Shown here piece by piece: positions 10,611 through 25,143 of a DNA stretch of 64,000 bases. The notes beneath the pieces were generated by a model. It worked only from the letters and a program-made list of their open reading frames with translations, was not told where the DNA came from and ran no database searches. How positions within the stretch are numbered: position 1 is the first letter of the stretch; each line of letters starts with the position of its first letter. Source of the DNA: Luteimonas sp. Lineage in GTDB: Bacteria > Pseudomonadota > Gammaproteobacteria > Xanthomonadales > Xanthomonadaceae. The translations under genes and the position numbers were made by a program. The stretch is from assembly GCA_035250245.1 (NCBI GenBank), contig DATFFH010000019.1, positions 14,167-78,166 on the forward strand, given 5' to 3'.

Positions 10611-11384
10611 ATGCGTTTGCAGGCCCTGCCCGCGTTCGAAGACAACTATATTTGGACCTGGATGGGCGATGGCGGCCGGGCGCTGATCGTGGATCCGGGC
10701 CAGGCCGAACCGGTGCTGGCGGCGGCCGGGCAAGGCCTGATTCCCGAAGCGGTGCTGCTGACCCATCATCACAACGACCACATCGGCGGCGTCCCCGAAC
10801 TCCTCGCGCGCTGGCCGGAACTGCCGGTGCTGGCGCCGGACGACGACCGGATCGTCGCCGCGACCGCACGGGTCGGCGGCGGCGACAGCGGCGAGCTGCT
10901 GGGACAAGGCTTCGAAATATTGGACATCCCCGGCCACACCCGCAGCCACATCGCCTTCCACTTCGGCGGCGCGGATCCGGTGCTGTTCTGCGGCGACACC
11001 TTGTTCAGCCTGGGCTGCGGCCGGATGTTCGAGGGCACACCTGAGCAGATGCTGGCCTCGCTCGACCGGCTGGCCGCTTTGCCCGATCCGGTCCGTGTGT
11101 GTTGTGGCCATGAATACACCTTGGCCAATGCCCGTTTCGCCGCCGCGGTCGAACCCGGCAACCCCGCCCTGGCCGCGCGCAGCGCCGAAGCCGTCGCGCA
11201 GCGCGAACAAGCCCGGCCGACCTTGCCGAGCACGCTCGCGCAGGAACGCGCCGCGAATCCCTTCCTGCGCGTGGACGAGCCTGCGGTGATCGCCGCCGTC
11301 GCCCGTCGCCTGGGCCGCGAGCCGGCGGATCGGATCGAAACCTTCGCCGAATTGCGGCGCTGGAAGGACGGCTTCCGCGCATGA
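10611..11384 (+). CDS. gloB: Hydroxyacylglutathione hydrolase (glyoxalase II)
   Basis: PAFEDNYIW, THHHNDHIGG, PGHT, FCGDTLF, CGHEYT, NPFLR. Confidence 0.95.
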   Translation: MRLQALPAFEDNYIWTWMGDGGRALIVDPGQAEPVLAAAGQGLIPEAVLLTHHHNDHIGGVPELLARWPELPVLAPDDDRIVAATARVGGGDSGELLGQGFEILDIPGHTRSHIAFHFGGADPVLFCGDTLFSLGCGRMFEGTPEQMLASLDRLAALPDPVRVCCGHEYTLANARFAAAVEPGNPALAARSAEAVAQREQARPTLPSTLAQERAANPFLRVDEPAVIAAVARRLGREPADRIETFAELRRWKDGFRA

Positions 11385-12556
11385 TCCGCACGGCGCTGCT
11401 CGCACTGGCGTTGACCGCGGCTGTACCGGCCATGGCGCAAACCGACGACGCGCTGCCGCTGCAGACCGCGCCGGCTGCAGACGCGCTCGCGACCCGCAGC
11501 GGCCTGGACATCTACCAGCGCTTCCGCGAACACCTCGCCGATCCCACTTGCGAAGGCGATGCAGTCAGCGCGCGTTGGCGCCAGCACTTCGCGGCCGCGC
11601 CGAAAAAACTCAGCAATCCCGACAGCGATGTGCTGCCGCTGTTCGGCTACGTGGTCGATGCTTTGATCGAAGCCGACCTGCCCACCGAGTTCGCGCTGAT
11701 CCCTTTCGTCGAAAGCGGCTATCAGCCCGGCGCACGCAGCGCGAGCGGCCCGGCCGGGCTGTGGCAGTTCATCGCGGTGACCGCGCGCAACCATCAGGTG
11801 CCGGTGCGCGCGGGCTACGACGGGCGTTTGTCACCGGTCGACTCCACCCGCGCCGCGGTGCGTTATTTGAAGACCCTGCACGGCATGTTCGCCGGCGACT
11901 GGCGCTTGGCTGTGATGGCCTACAACGCCGGCGAATACCGCCTGCTGCAATCGTTGCGGCGCAGCGGCCAGAACGCGCGCAATGCGCGTCCGGCCGAACT
12001 GGTGGGCTTGTCCGGCATCACCTACGCCTACGTGCGCAAACTGCATGCGCTGTCCTGCCTGATGGAACAGGCTGACGACCGCGCCGAATGGCTGCGTGCG
12101 ATCGATCGTCCGGTGCCGATGCTCACGGCGCAAACCTGGCCCGAAGGCGCCGGCAGCCTCGACGCCTGGGCGAAGATGCGCGGCCTGGATCCGGCGGCCT
12201 TGAAACGGCTCAATCCGGCGTTCGCGCAAGGGCGCGGCGATCGCGAACGCCGCGTGCTCGCGCCGGCCAGCGGCGCCGCGATGCCCGTGCTGGCCGAACT
12301 CGGCGATGCCGGTGCGGCGGCCGCGATGCCCGCCCTGATCGCCTCTGCGGCGGATACAAGCGCGCCACGGACGCACACGGTGGTGCGCGGCGATTCGTTA
12401 TCGAAGATCGCGCGCAAGTACGGCGTGGGCCTGGACGATTTGCGCAAACGCAACGGGCTGGGCGCGAAGAGCGCGATCAAGCCCGGCATGGTGCTGAAGC
12501 TGGACGAACAAACGGCTGCCTTTGCTATCCCTCCCCCTTTGAAAAAGGGGGATTGA
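11381..12556 (+). CDS. mltD: Lytic murein transglycosylase with LysM (MltD-like)
   Basis: Signal peptide, IPFVESGY, AGLWQFI, AYNAGE, C-terminal HTVVRGDSLSKIARKYGV; last residues lie in a REP. Confidence 0.88.
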   Translation: MIRTALLALALTAAVPAMAQTDDALPLQTAPAADALATRSGLDIYQRFREHLADPTCEGDAVSARWRQHFAAAPKKLSNPDSDVLPLFGYVVDALIEADLPTEFALIPFVESGYQPGARSASGPAGLWQFIAVTARNHQVPVRAGYDGRLSPVDSTRAAVRYLKTLHGMFAGDWRLAVMAYNAGEYRLLQSLRRSGQNARNARPAELVGLSGITYAYVRKLHALSCLMEQADDRAEWLRAIDRPVPMLTAQTWPEGAGSLDAWAKMRGLDPAALKRLNPAFAQGRGDRERRVLAPASGAAMPVLAELGDAGAAAAMPALIASAADTSAPRTHTVVRGDSLSKIARKYGVGLDDLRKRNGLGAKSAIKPGMVLKLDEQTAAFAIPPPLKKGD

Positions 12557-12635
12557 GGGGGATTTGCTTTTGCCGTTCGCCTAGCGGACAAGATCAAGAG
12601 CAAATCCCCCTTGATCCCCCCTTTTTCAAAGGGGG
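12528..12635. repeat. REP doublet of the CCCCCTTTGAAAAAGGGGG family
   Basis: Inverted pair; second copy of the family at 36811-36914. Confidence 0.85.
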
Positions 12636-12730
12636 AAACATCAAAGGCTACGAAAGTGCGGCCCGAAACTCGACTCGGCGCGCCCGCGGCGTCAAACTTG
12701 GCCCCTGCTCCGCAACCGACAAGGCTTCCC

Positions 12731-13525
12731 ATGGGCTTCCTGCAAGGCAAGCGCGCGCTGATCACCGGCATCGCCAGCCAACGCTCCATCGCCAACGGCA
12801 TCGCCGAGGCGATGCGCCGCGAAGGCGCCGAGCTGGCGTTCACCTACCAGAACGACAAGCTCAAATCGCGCGTCGAGGAAGCCGCGGCCGAATACGGTTC
12901 GGACATCGTCATCCCGCTCGACGTCTCCGACGACGCGCAGATCGAGGCGTGCATCGCCGAACTGGGCAAACGCTGGGACAGCCTGGACATCCTGGTCCAT
13001 TCGATCGGCTTCGCGCCGCGCGAAGCGATCGAAGGCGGATTCCTGGACGGCCTGACCCGCGAGAACTTCCGCATCGCCCACGACATCTCCGCCTATTCGC
13101 TGTCGGCGCTGGCCAAGGCCGCACGGCCGATGATGCAGGGCCGCAACGGCAGCATCCTCACGCTCAGCTACCTGGGCGCCGAGCGCGCGCTGGCCAACTA
13201 CAACGTGATGGGCGTAGCCAAAGCGGCGCTGGAAGCCAGCGTGCGCTACCTGGCGCTGAACCTGGGCCCGGAAGGCACCCGCGTCAACGCGATCTCGGCC
13301 GGGCCGATCAAGACCCTGGCCGCCGCGGGCATCGCCAACTTCCGCAAGATGCTCGGCCACGTCGAAAGCTATGCGCCGCTGCGGCGCAGCGTGACGATCG
13401 AGGACGTCGGCAACGTCGCCGCGTTCCTGTGTTCGGATCTGGCCGCTGGCGTGACCGGTGAGATCACCTATGTCGATGCCGGTTACAACATCCTCGGCAT
13501 GACCGGGGTCGGCGACGAGCACTGA
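12731..13525 (+). CDS. fabI: Enoyl-ACP reductase
   Basis: [39 protein letters not shown]. Confidence 0.95.
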   Translation: MGFLQGKRALITGIASQRSIANGIAEAMRREGAELAFTYQNDKLKSRVEEAAAEYGSDIVIPLDVSDDAQIEACIAELGKRWDSLDILVHSIGFAPREAIEGGFLDGLTRENFRIAHDISAYSLSALAKAARPMMQGRNGSILTLSYLGAERALANYNVMGVAKAALEASVRYLALNLGPEGTRVNAISAGPIKTLAAAGIANFRKMLGHVESYAPLRRSVTIEDVGNVAAFLCSDLAAGVTGEITYVDAGYNILGMTGVGDEH

Positions 13526-13540
13526 CGTCGCTCCGCCTTC

Positions 13541-13635
13541 GTAGGTGCGAATTCATTCGCACGCTTTTGCCGCAAGAGCGTGCGAATAAATTCGCACCTA
13601 CGAAAAACAAAGCAGCGGAGCAAGCTCCGCTCTAC
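13541..13635. repeat. GTAG-type REP doublet (GTAGGTGCGAATTCATTCGCAC) plus single GTAGAGCGGAGC REP
   Basis: Inverted pair 13541-13601; CAGCGGAGCAAGCTCCGCTCTAC ending 13635. Confidence 0.85.
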
Positions 13636-13648
13636 AAAGCGAACTGGG

Positions 13649-15628
13649 TTACAGTCGGTCTTCGGCCACTTCCACCTTCATCCGCTTGCGCACGGCGCTG
13701 ACGTAGCCCTGCGAAGCGTCGATGCCCTTCATCTGCGCCATCTGACTGCGCATCTGCTCGCGCTGCGCCGGCTGCAGAGCGTCCTTCGAACCCGGCTCCA
13801 CCTTGCTGACCGCGAACACGGCATGGCTGCCGTCGGCCATGTCGGCTTTGCCCGCAGACACTTTGCCGGCGGCCGGTTTGGCCACGGCGAAGATCGCGTC
13901 GTTAGCCTCGGGGCTCGGGATCGGTGCGCCGCGCGGCAAGCCCGGGATCGTGGTCGCCTGCAAGCCTTGCGAAGCGGCCACCGCTTCCAGGGTTTCGCCC
14001 TTGGTCACTCGGGCGAGGAAAGCATCGGCCGCGGCCGCGGAGGCCTTGCGGGTGCGATCGGCACGGATCGCCGCGACGACGCGGTCGCGCACGTCGGCCA
14101 GCGGCTGCGCGCGTTCGGGCTTGTGGTCCACCACCCGGATCAGGACGCTGTGGTTGGGCGCGATCTCGATCGGATCGCTCACCGTGCCGTCCTGCACCAG
14201 CGTTTCGGAGAACGCCGCGCGCTGGATCGCCGGATTGGCGGCCAAACCGTCGCCGCCGCCGCGCGGGAACGGGCCCAGCTTCTGCACCGGCAGATTCATC
14301 TCGCGCGCCGCCGGCTCCAACGCCGTCGGATTCTTGTAGACCAGATCGACCAGCTTGCCGGCCATGTCGTTGAAGGTTTTCTCGCGGTCGGCTTCGGCCT
14401 GCTCCTGCGCGAGCTGGCCGCGCACCTGTTCGAACGGCAACTGCTGGCCGGTCTTGATCTCGCCGAGCTTGATGATGTGATAGCCGAACTCGGTCTTGAT
14501 CGGCGCGCTGACCTGGCCGGTTTGCATCGCGAACACCGCATCTTCGAACGGTTTGGCCAGGCCGGCGCCTTTCTCGACGAAGCCCAGATCGCCGCCCGCG
14601 GCCTTGGAGCCCGGATCGTCGGAATTGGCGCGGGCCAAGGCCGCGAAATCGGCGCCGGGCTGCTTCGCTTGCCCGGCGAGTTGCGTCGCCTTCTGCTCGG
14701 CCGCCTTCGCGGTGGCCGCATTGGCCTTGGGATCGACCGCGATCAGGATGTGCGCGGCCTGGCGCTGCTCGGTCGCCGCGAAGCGCGCTTTTTCCGCATC
14801 GTAGCGGCGGCGCAACTCGGCTTCGTCGGCCTGCGGCACGGGCAAGGTCGCGGCGTTGAGTTCTACGTATTCGATGCTGGAAGTTTCGGGCGCGCGGTAT
14901 TCGGACGCATGCTCGCGATACCACTTCTGCATTTCCGCACCGGTCACCGCACCGGTGTCCGGCGCCGGGGTCGGCAGCTGAACGACGGCGACGTCGCGCT
15001 TCTCGCCCAGCAGGGCCATCATCCGCTCCAGCTCGGAAGCGGTCACGAACGAGGATTCGGACAGGCGCATCGGCACCTGCGACTGCTGCAGGCTCTCGCG
15101 CACCAATTGCTCGAACTGCAACGGCGTGCGCGGCGGGTTGGTGGCCTGCAGCGCCAGCTGGTAGCGCTGCGCGTCGAACTTGCCGTCGACCTGGAATTCG
15201 GGCAACGACTGGATCGTGTCGCGCACTTCGGCGTCGCTGACCACGATGCCGGCGCGTTCGGCGTTGATCCGCATCACCCGCTCGTCGATCAGACGGTCGA
15301 GCACGGCGCGCTTGTTCTCGATGGTTTCGAACGCGCGCGCGTCGAAGGCTTCGCCCGCGGTCGCGCGTTGCTGCTCGCGCTGTTGTTCGAAACGGGCGCG
15401 GAAGTCCTCCACGCTGATCTCGTCGTGCTTCCACACCCACCACTTGAACGGGCCCCAATCCGGCGCCGACTTCCACCAGGTCGGCGGCGTGGACACGCGC
15501 GCGGCATAGTTGTCGACCCGCTGCTGCAGGTATTGCTCGACGCCGAAGAAGGCGAAGGGAATCAGCAGGAGCGCCAGGATGACTTTGGCGATCCAGCTCG
15601 AAGACTTGTCGCGGAGGCTCTGCAGCAT
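13649..15628 (-). CDS. ppiD: Periplasmic folding chaperone / parvulin PPIase
   Basis: MLQSLRDK..N-terminal TM, SurA-like domain, AAHILI..FAALARANSDDPGS..GGDLG..FGYHII. Confidence 0.93.
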   Translation of the reverse strand: MLQSLRDKSSSWIAKVILALLLIPFAFFGVEQYLQQRVDNYAARVSTPPTWWKSAPDWGPFKWWVWKHDEISVEDFRARFEQQREQQRATAGEAFDARAFETIENKRAVLDRLIDERVMRINAERAGIVVSDAEVRDTIQSLPEFQVDGKFDAQRYQLALQATNPPRTPLQFEQLVRESLQQSQVPMRLSESSFVTASELERMMALLGEKRDVAVVQLPTPAPDTGAVTGAEMQKWYREHASEYRAPETSSIEYVELNAATLPVPQADEAELRRRYDAEKARFAATEQRQAAHILIAVDPKANAATAKAAEQKATQLAGQAKQPGADFAALARANSDDPGSKAAGGDLGFVEKGAGLAKPFEDAVFAMQTGQVSAPIKTEFGYHIIKLGEIKTGQQLPFEQVRGQLAQEQAEADREKTFNDMAGKLVDLVYKNPTALEPAAREMNLPVQKLGPFPRGGGDGLAANPAIQRAAFSETLVQDGTVSDPIEIAPNHSVLIRVVDHKPERAQPLADVRDRVVAAIRADRTRKASAAAADAFLARVTKGETLEAVAASQGLQATTIPGLPRGAPIPSPEANDAIFAVAKPAAGKVSAGKADMADGSHAVFAVSKVEPGSKDALQPAQREQMRSQMAQMKGIDASQGYVSAVRKRMKVEVAEDRL

Positions 15629-15743
15629 GGGCGGTCTTGGGCCGTTAACTCACGTAGCCGCGCAGTTTAACCGCTTCCCTGCCCCGGGCGCCGCCGGGCC
15701 GCAAAAAAGCGAAGGCGCCCACGAGGGGCGCCTTCCGGTGTAG

Positions 15744-15820
15744 TGGCGGAGTGGACGGGACTCGAACCCGCGACCTCCGGCGTGACAGGCCAGCATTCTA
15801 ACCGACTGAACTACCACTCC
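15744..15820 (-). tRNA. tRNA-Asp(GTC)
   Basis: Reverse complement GGAGTGGTAGTTCAGTCGG...CTGTCAC...TTCGAGTCCCGTCCACTCCGCCA. Confidence 0.96.
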
Positions 15821-15927
15821 GCTGTTGAAGCTATTTTGCCCTGCTCCGCTCGAATCTCCAAGAACCGGGCTTTTCCTTGGAAAGTCCGCACATGGATGTG
15901 CGGGCTCTGGCAGAGGGACCTGCATAC

Positions 15928-16002
15928 TGGTGGGTGCTGAGGGTTTCGAACCCCCGACCCTCTCCGTGTAAAGGAGACGCTCTACCGCTGAGCTAAGCAC
16001 CC
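15928..16002 (-). tRNA. tRNA-Val(TAC)
   Basis: Reverse complement GGGTGCTTAGCTCAGCGG...TTTACAC...TTCGAAAC...GCACCCACCA. Confidence 0.96.
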
Positions 16003-16039
16003 GAGCGACCCCGGCTGGCCTAGACCCGCCGGGAGCCCG

Positions 16040-16312
16040 CTAGTTTACGGCATCCTTCAGGGCCTTGCCAGCCTTGAAGGCGGGATTCTTGGAGGCCGGG
16101 ATGTTGATCGGCTCATTGGTCCGGGGGTTGCGGCCGGTGCGCGCGCCGCGCTTGCGCACGGTGAACGTGCCGAAGCCGACGAGGGTGACGTCATCCCCTT
16201 TCTTCAATGCCTTGCTGACCACGGCGATGAATGCGTCGACTGCGCGGCCTGCATCGGCCTTCGACAGGTCGGACTCGCCGGCGACGGCATCGACCAATTC
16301 GCTTTTATTCAT
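16040..16312 (-). CDS. hupB: DNA-binding protein HU
   Basis: [40 protein letters not shown]; follows lon. Confidence 0.93.
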   Translation of the reverse strand: MNKSELVDAVAGESDLSKADAGRAVDAFIAVVSKALKKGDDVTLVGFGTFTVRKRGARTGRNPRTNEPINIPASKNPAFKAGKALKDAVN

Positions 16313-16573
16313 TATTTGGACTCCTGTGCGGTGTCTACCGCTGGATGAAATGACCGGACATCTCCCCGTTGCGGCGATGCCGCAAACGCATCCGGACGGA
16401 CGTGCCTCGATGCGCATCCACGCGCGCATCTCGGTTGCCGTCGTTATACCAGCGCGATTTTGGGGGCGCAACACGAAAACCGCGAAAAATATACGGTTTT
16501 CAGCGGGTTTTTCACGCTTTTCGCGCTTGCGCACGAGGCACGAGTGGTGTAACCGACGAATGGCACCGCTTTT

Positions 16574-16651
16574 GTGGGAGCGGCTTCAGCCGCGAGATCT
16601 TTCATGAGATCGCGATCATGTTGAAAAGCTCGCGGCTGAAGCCGCTCCCAC
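16574..16651. repeat. GTAG/GTGG-type REP doublet
   Basis: GTGGGAGCGGCTTCAGCCGCGA / TCGCGGCTGAAGCCGCTCCCAC. Confidence 0.85.
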
Positions 16652-16707
16652 AAAAGAAAAAAGAAGGCGCCCGCAGGCGCCTTCTTTTTTCGGATCGTCG
16701 CGCAGCG

Positions 16708-19143
<2,436 letters not shown>

Positions 19144-19198
19144 GAAAAACTCCGGGTAAATACACGCTGCGGCCGTTCGAGGCCGCCGTGGTCGATTT

Positions 19199-19225
19199 AT
19201 GGGGTTGGCGCCGGAGGGATGCAAG
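19199..19225 (-). promoter_or_regulatory. Sigma32-like promoter of lon
   Basis: Minus strand CTTGCA-N15-CCCCAT, close to the RpoH consensus CTTGAA-N13-17-CCCCAT. Confidence 0.7.
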
Positions 19226-19326
19226 CGCCTTTCGTTGGCGGAAACGGGCGTGTAACGCTGTAATCCTTGCGGATCAGGCGGTTGCGGCGTGTTTGAAACC
19301 TAGTGTTGCGCTGGGGCGCCGGCTTT

Positions 19327-19491
19327 CCTTCTCCCGTCGGGAGAAGGTGCCCGAAGGGCGGATGAGGGTTCGGCGGAGTTGCGCTTCGGCCAGATAGCGA
19401 CATCGAACGTCAGCCGACGCATTCCGTCGCGATCTTTGAATTTCGACGCTTCGCCGCACCCTCACCCCAACCCTCTCCCGATGGGAGAGGG
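19327..19491. repeat. REP doublet of the CCTTCTCCCnnnGGGAGAAGG..GGATGAGGG family
   Basis: Same family at 21575-21715 and 34176-34230. Confidence 0.85.
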
Positions 19492-19499
19492 AGCCGAAT

Positions 19500-20786
<1,287 letters not shown>

Positions 20787-20915
20787 GCCCCTATCGCCCA
20801 ATCATTCATAACGTTACGGTCCCGAGAATAGCACCGGACGGGCGGATTGCGCCCGTCCGGGAGGAAGGATCGGCCCCTGGCGGCCCCAAGGCCGCGCTGC
20901 AGGCCGCAAAGCGGC

Positions 20916-21551
20916 TCAGGCGGCCTGGACCGAATCGTCGGGACGCCGGTCCAGCACATGGTCGATCAGGCCGTATTCGCGGGCCTGTTCGGCGCTCATG
21001 AAACGGTCGCGTTCCATGTCCCGCTCGATCTGCTCCAGCGGCTGGCCAGTATGGTCCACGTAGATCTGGTTCAGGCGCTGGCGCAGGTAAAGGATTTCGC
21101 GCGCGTGGATCTCGATGTCGGTGGCCTGGCCGCGGGCGCCGCCCGAGGGCTGGTGGATCATCACCCGCGAGTTCGGCAACGCATAGCGCTTGCCCTTGGC
21201 GCCGGCCATCAGCAGCAACGAGCCGGCGCTGGCCGCCTGGCCGATGCAGATCGTGCTCACGTCGGGCTTGATGTACTGCATGGTGTCGTAGATCGCCAGG
21301 CCCGCGGTGACCACGCCGCCGGGGCTGTTGATGTACAGGCTGATCTCCTTCTCCGGATTCTCCGATTCCAGGAACAGCATCTGCGCGATCACCACGTTGG
21401 CCACGTGGTCGTCGATCTCGCCGACCAGGAATACCACCCGCTCCTTCAGCAGGCGCGAGTAGATGTCGTAGCTGCGCTCGCCGCGGCTGGTCTGTTCGAC
21501 CACCATCGGTACGAGGTTCAGGGCGGTGGTGCGGTCGTTCGTGTCGATCAT
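20916..21551 (-). CDS. clpP: Clp protease proteolytic subunit, second paralogue
   Basis: [35 protein letters not shown] (Ser), MIHQP (His), ERDRF (Asp). Confidence 0.95.
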   Translation of the reverse strand: MIDTNDRTTALNLVPMVVEQTSRGERSYDIYSRLLKERVVFLVGEIDDHVANVVIAQMLFLESENPEKEISLYINSPGGVVTAGLAIYDTMQYIKPDVSTICIGQAASAGSLLLMAGAKGKRYALPNSRVMIHQPSGGARGQATDIEIHAREILYLRQRLNQIYVDHTGQPLEQIERDMERDRFMSAEQAREYGLIDHVLDRRPDDSVQAA

Positions 21552-21574
21552 TCGTGGCTCTTGTCTTTGCTTTT

Positions 21575-21715
21575 CCTTCTCCCGTCGGGAGAAGGTGGCG
21601 CGAAGCGCCGGATGAGGGTTCGGCGAAGCGAGGAGTTTGAAGCTCGCGGCGCGATCTGGAACAAGCGTCGCTTCGCCGAACCCTCACCCCAACCCCTCTC
21701 CCGGCGGGAGAGGGG
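21575..21715. repeat. REP doublet between the two clpP genes
   Basis: CCTTCTCCCGTCGGGAGAAGG...GGATGAGGG / CCCTCACCCC...CTCTCCCGGCGGGAGAGGG. Confidence 0.85.
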
Positions 21716-21722
21716 CTCTAGG

Positions 21723-22349
21723 TCACGCGGGCTGGATGCTTTCCTCGGCGCGGCGCTCCAGCACCTGATCGATCAACCCGTACTCGCGCGCGGCTTCGGC
21801 GCTCTTGAAGTTGTCGCGCTCGGTGTCGCGGGCGATGGTCTCCAAAGCCTGGCCGGTGTGCTTGGCCAGGATCTCGTTCAGGCGCTGGCGCATGCTCAGG
21901 ATCTCGCGCGCGTGGATGTCGATGTCCGTCGCCTGACCCTGGAAGCCACCCAGCGGCTGGTGGATCATCACGCGCGAATTCGGCAATGCGTAACGCTTGC
22001 CCTTGGTGCCGGCGGCCAGCAGCGTCGCGGCCATGCTCGCGGCCTGGCCGATGCACATGGTGCTGACGTCGGGCTTGATGAACTGCATGGTGTCGTAGAT
22101 CGCCATGCCCGCCGTGACGATACCGCCCGGCGAGTTGATGTACAGGCTGATCTCCTTCTCCGGGTTGTCCGCTTCAAGGAACAGCAACTGGGCCACGATC
22201 ACGTTGGCCATGTGGTCGTCGATGCCGCCGACCAGGAAGATCACCCGTTCCTTGAGCAGCCGCGAATAGATGTCGTAGGCGCGCTCGCCGCGGCTGGTCT
22301 GTTCGACCACCATCGGCACCAGGTTCAGGGCTTTGATTCGGTTGTCCAT
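21723..22349 (-). CDS. clpP: Clp protease proteolytic subunit, first paralogue
   Basis: [39 protein letters not shown]. Confidence 0.96.
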   Translation of the reverse strand: MDNRIKALNLVPMVVEQTSRGERAYDIYSRLLKERVIFLVGGIDDHMANVIVAQLLFLEADNPEKEISLYINSPGGIVTAGMAIYDTMQFIKPDVSTMCIGQAASMAATLLAAGTKGKRYALPNSRVMIHQPLGGFQGQATDIDIHAREILSMRQRLNEILAKHTGQALETIARDTERDNFKSAEAAREYGLIDQVLERRAEESIQPA

Positions 22350-22391
22350 GTTCGGTTTTCCGGCAAAGGATTTTCGGAAGATGCGCCCAAG

Positions 22392-22418
22392 TTGGGGCCG
22401 AATCGGCCAGAGTGCAAG
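22392..22418 (-). promoter_or_regulatory. Sigma32-like promoter of clpP operon
   Basis: Minus strand CTTGCA-N15-CCCCAA, same architecture as the lon promoter. Confidence 0.6.
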
Positions 22419-22444
22419 TGGCAGCGGTCAGCCGCTGGACAGAC

Positions 22445-22646
22445 GTAGCCCGGGTGGAGCGAAGCGATACCCGGGGCCGCCATGTCTCGGAGCTAATCGA
22501 AGCTTCGCAACCATCGATTTGACTCCGTCCAAATGACCGTGGTGCCAACTGGCTTGTTGAGAATCCGTGTGTGGGACAGTCGCCGTCGTGTGGCTTCGAT
22601 TTTGGAGATGGCGATCCCGGGTATCGCTTCGCTCCACCCGGGCTAC
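22445..22646. repeat. GTAG-type REP doublet (GTAGCCCGGGTGGAGCGAAGCGATACCCGGG)
   Basis: Arms 22445-22475 and 22616-22646; single copy at 32699-32729. Confidence 0.85.
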
Positions 22647-22737
22647 GCGCCTCTAACGAATGCGACTGTCCCAAAAAACGACATCCCGGCAGAACCGGGA
22701 TGTCGTATTCGCGAGCTTGATCGGCGGTTCGGCGCGA

Positions 22738-24030
22738 TTACTGCCGGATCGCGTCGCTGAACGATAGCGCCTGCTCGGTGTGCTGGGCACGCTCGGCGAT
22801 CCAATCGATCACCTGCTCTTCCATCACCCGCGCCTGCAAGCCGGCCATCAGCTGGCGGTCGTTGCGGTACAGCTCGACCACCTGTTCGGGCTCTTCATAG
22901 GTCGAAGCGATCAGGCGCAGGGTTTCGTTCAAGCGGCGCGGCTCCAGGCGCAGGTCGTTGCGGCGGGCGATTTCGCCCACCAGCAGGCCCACCAGTACGC
23001 GCTTGCGAGCCGCGTCCATGTACGGGCCCGGCACCTGCTCGATGCGCTGGCCTTGTTGCGCGGCCTGCTGCGCGGCGTTGGCGGCCATCGCGCGCGCTTC
23101 GTTCTCGACCAGGCGCGGCGGCATCTCGACCTGCGCGTAGGCGGCGACCAGTTGCTCGCCCACTTCGCGGCGCAGCCGGTTCATCAGCGCGCCCTTCAGT
23201 TCGCGCTCCAGATTGCTGCGGATGTCGGCGCGGAAGCGGTCCATCTCGCCGCTCTTCACGCCGAAGCTGCGGATGAAAGCCTGATCGACTTCCGGCAGCC
23301 GGGCTTCGGCGACGTTCAACGCCTTCACATGCATCTTGGCGGCCTTGCCGGCCAGCTGCGGGACCGGCCAGTCGGCCGGGAAGTCGACGTCGACGGCTTT
23401 CTCATCATTCGACGCCAATCCGGCCAGCGCCGATTCCAGCGGCGCGAACATCATGCCCGAGCCGATCACGGTGCTGCCGCGCTCGACGCCTTCGGCGGGT
23501 AGGCGCGCACCGTCGGCTTCGGACCACATTTCCAGTTCGACCAGGTCGCCTTCCTTCGCGGCGCGGTCGGCCGGAATCCATTCGCGGCGCTGCAGGCGCA
23601 GGTTCTCGATCATGCGATCGATATCGGCGTCTTCCACCTCGGACGTGTGGCGGATGACCTGCAGCTTGGCCACGTCGATGTCGCCGAAATCCGGCACCAC
23701 TTCGAACGTCGCCACGTATTCCAGCTGGCCTTCCGCGGCTTCGGCGTTCGGCACGATCTGCGGATTGCCGGCGATGCGGAACGATTCGTTGCGCACGGCG
23801 TTGTCGAAGCCTTCGCGCAGCAGATTGTCCACGACTTCGTTGCGGACCTGGTCGCCGAAGCGCTGTTCGATCACCTTCGCCGGCACCTTGCCGGGGCGGA
23901 AGCCCTTGATCTTCGCGTTGCGCGCGATCTCGCGCAGGCGGCCGCCGACTTCGTTGTCGATGCTGTCCGCCGGCAGGCGGAAAGTGATGCGGCGTTCGTG
24001 GTTGCCAATGGTTTCGACCGAGACCTGCAT
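22738..24030 (-). CDS. tig: Trigger factor
   Basis: [15 protein letters not shown] ribosome-binding motif, FKBP domain. Confidence 0.96.
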   Translation of the reverse strand: MQVSVETIGNHERRITFRLPADSIDNEVGGRLREIARNAKIKGFRPGKVPAKVIEQRFGDQVRNEVVDNLLREGFDNAVRNESFRIAGNPQIVPNAEAAEGQLEYVATFEVVPDFGDIDVAKLQVIRHTSEVEDADIDRMIENLRLQRREWIPADRAAKEGDLVELEMWSEADGARLPAEGVERGSTVIGSGMMFAPLESALAGLASNDEKAVDVDFPADWPVPQLAGKAAKMHVKALNVAEARLPEVDQAFIRSFGVKSGEMDRFRADIRSNLERELKGALMNRLRREVGEQLVAAYAQVEMPPRLVENEARAMAANAAQQAAQQGQRIEQVPGPYMDAARKRVLVGLLVGEIARRNDLRLEPRRLNETLRLIASTYEEPEQVVELYRNDRQLMAGLQARVMEEQVIDWIAERAQHTEQALSFSDAIRQ

Positions 24031-24213
24031 GTGCGCTCCTGCCGCCGCGGCTTTGTCCGACCGCGGCGCGATGTTGGGGATTCGGACCGGACCGGCGCCG
24101 GCGTTCAGCCAGGCGCCCGCTTCCGGGCCAATCGAACGGATTATTTTGGCCGAAGACGGCGTCTGCCGCCAGTTTCCGCGTTGCGCGCGGCTGGACGGCT
24201 GCCAGGAATGGGC

Positions 24214-24299
24214 TGGTGCGAAAGGCGGGACTCGAACCCGCACGGGGGTTACCCGCTGGAACCTAAATCCAGTGCGTCTACCAATTCCGCCACTTTCGC
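24214..24299 (-). tRNA. tRNA-Leu(TAG)
   Basis: Reverse complement GCGAAAGTGGCGGAATTGG...GATTTAGGTT...TTCGAGTCCCGCCTTTCGCACCA. Confidence 0.95.
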
Positions 24300-24381
24300 T
24301 CCGAACCGGCCAGGCCGGCAGCCTAAGTTTAGGGGACTGGGCCTATTTTTCGTAGGCTGGGCCATTCGGGCAGCCGCTTTT

Positions 24382-24464
24382 GTAGGAGCGGCTTCAGCCG
24401 CGAGCTCTTCTCGGCACACTGCCGCGATCTGTAGGAGAAAGCTCGCGGCTGAAGCCGCTCCTAC
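24382..24464. repeat. GTAG-type REP doublet
   Basis: GTAGGAGCGGCTTCAGCCGCGAGCT / AGCTCGCGGCTGAAGCCGCTCCTAC. Confidence 0.85.
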
Positions 24465-24477
24465 AAAATCCAAACGG

Positions 24478-25026
24478 CTAGGACGACCGGGGCTCCATCA
24501 AGCGCAGCAGCGCGGAAGAAGCCTGCTCCGCCCCTTCCACCACCCCGGCTTTCGCATACAGCGTCCCCGCCTCGCGCCAGGAATCCACGGCGGCCTGGGG
24601 CCGCCCTTCTCGCTCGTCCAGCAGCGCCATCGGCCGCAGCGCATTCGCCACGTCCAGCGCAGGCGCCTGCGGCTGAGCCCGGTACAGGGCCAGGGCTTCG
24701 TCGTAGCAGGCCCGGGCCATGCCCAATCGTTCCGAATGCCGGTGCAGGTCGCCCAAATGGCGCAGAGCGTGCGCCAAGGCCAGCGGCTCGGCTACCCGGC
24801 GCCGGCACGAGACGGCTTCCTCGTACAGGGGCAACGCGCTGCCGTCCTTGCCCAAATCCCGTTCGATCTGAGCCCAGGCCATCAAAGCTTCGGCCAGATC
24901 GGCGGGATTTTCGGCTTCCCGCGCCAAACCGGCGGCTTGGACCAGGTCGCGCCGGGCGTCGGCCGGGCGATCCTCGCCGCGCGCTTGCCGGGCCTTATCG
25001 ATCAAATCCCGAGCGGTATCGGCCAT
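24478..25026 (-). CDS. Tetratricopeptide-repeat protein
   Basis: Repeated LA.AL..LG....A...YEEA helical pattern. Confidence 0.75.
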   Translation of the reverse strand: MADTARDLIDKARQARGEDRPADARRDLVQAAGLAREAENPADLAEALMAWAQIERDLGKDGSALPLYEEAVSCRRRVAEPLALAHALRHLGDLHRHSERLGMARACYDEALALYRAQPQAPALDVANALRPMALLDEREGRPQAAVDSWREAGTLYAKAGVVEGAEQASSALLRLMEPRSS

Positions 25027-25143
25027 GGGCCCTCCTCCCTCGCCGGCCATTCCGGATGACCGGCCGATTCTACGCACAGATCGATCGGCACCGGCGGCCG
25101 GACCAGCCCGCTATCCTCGGCCGACGGCGGAAGGAGACCGAGC

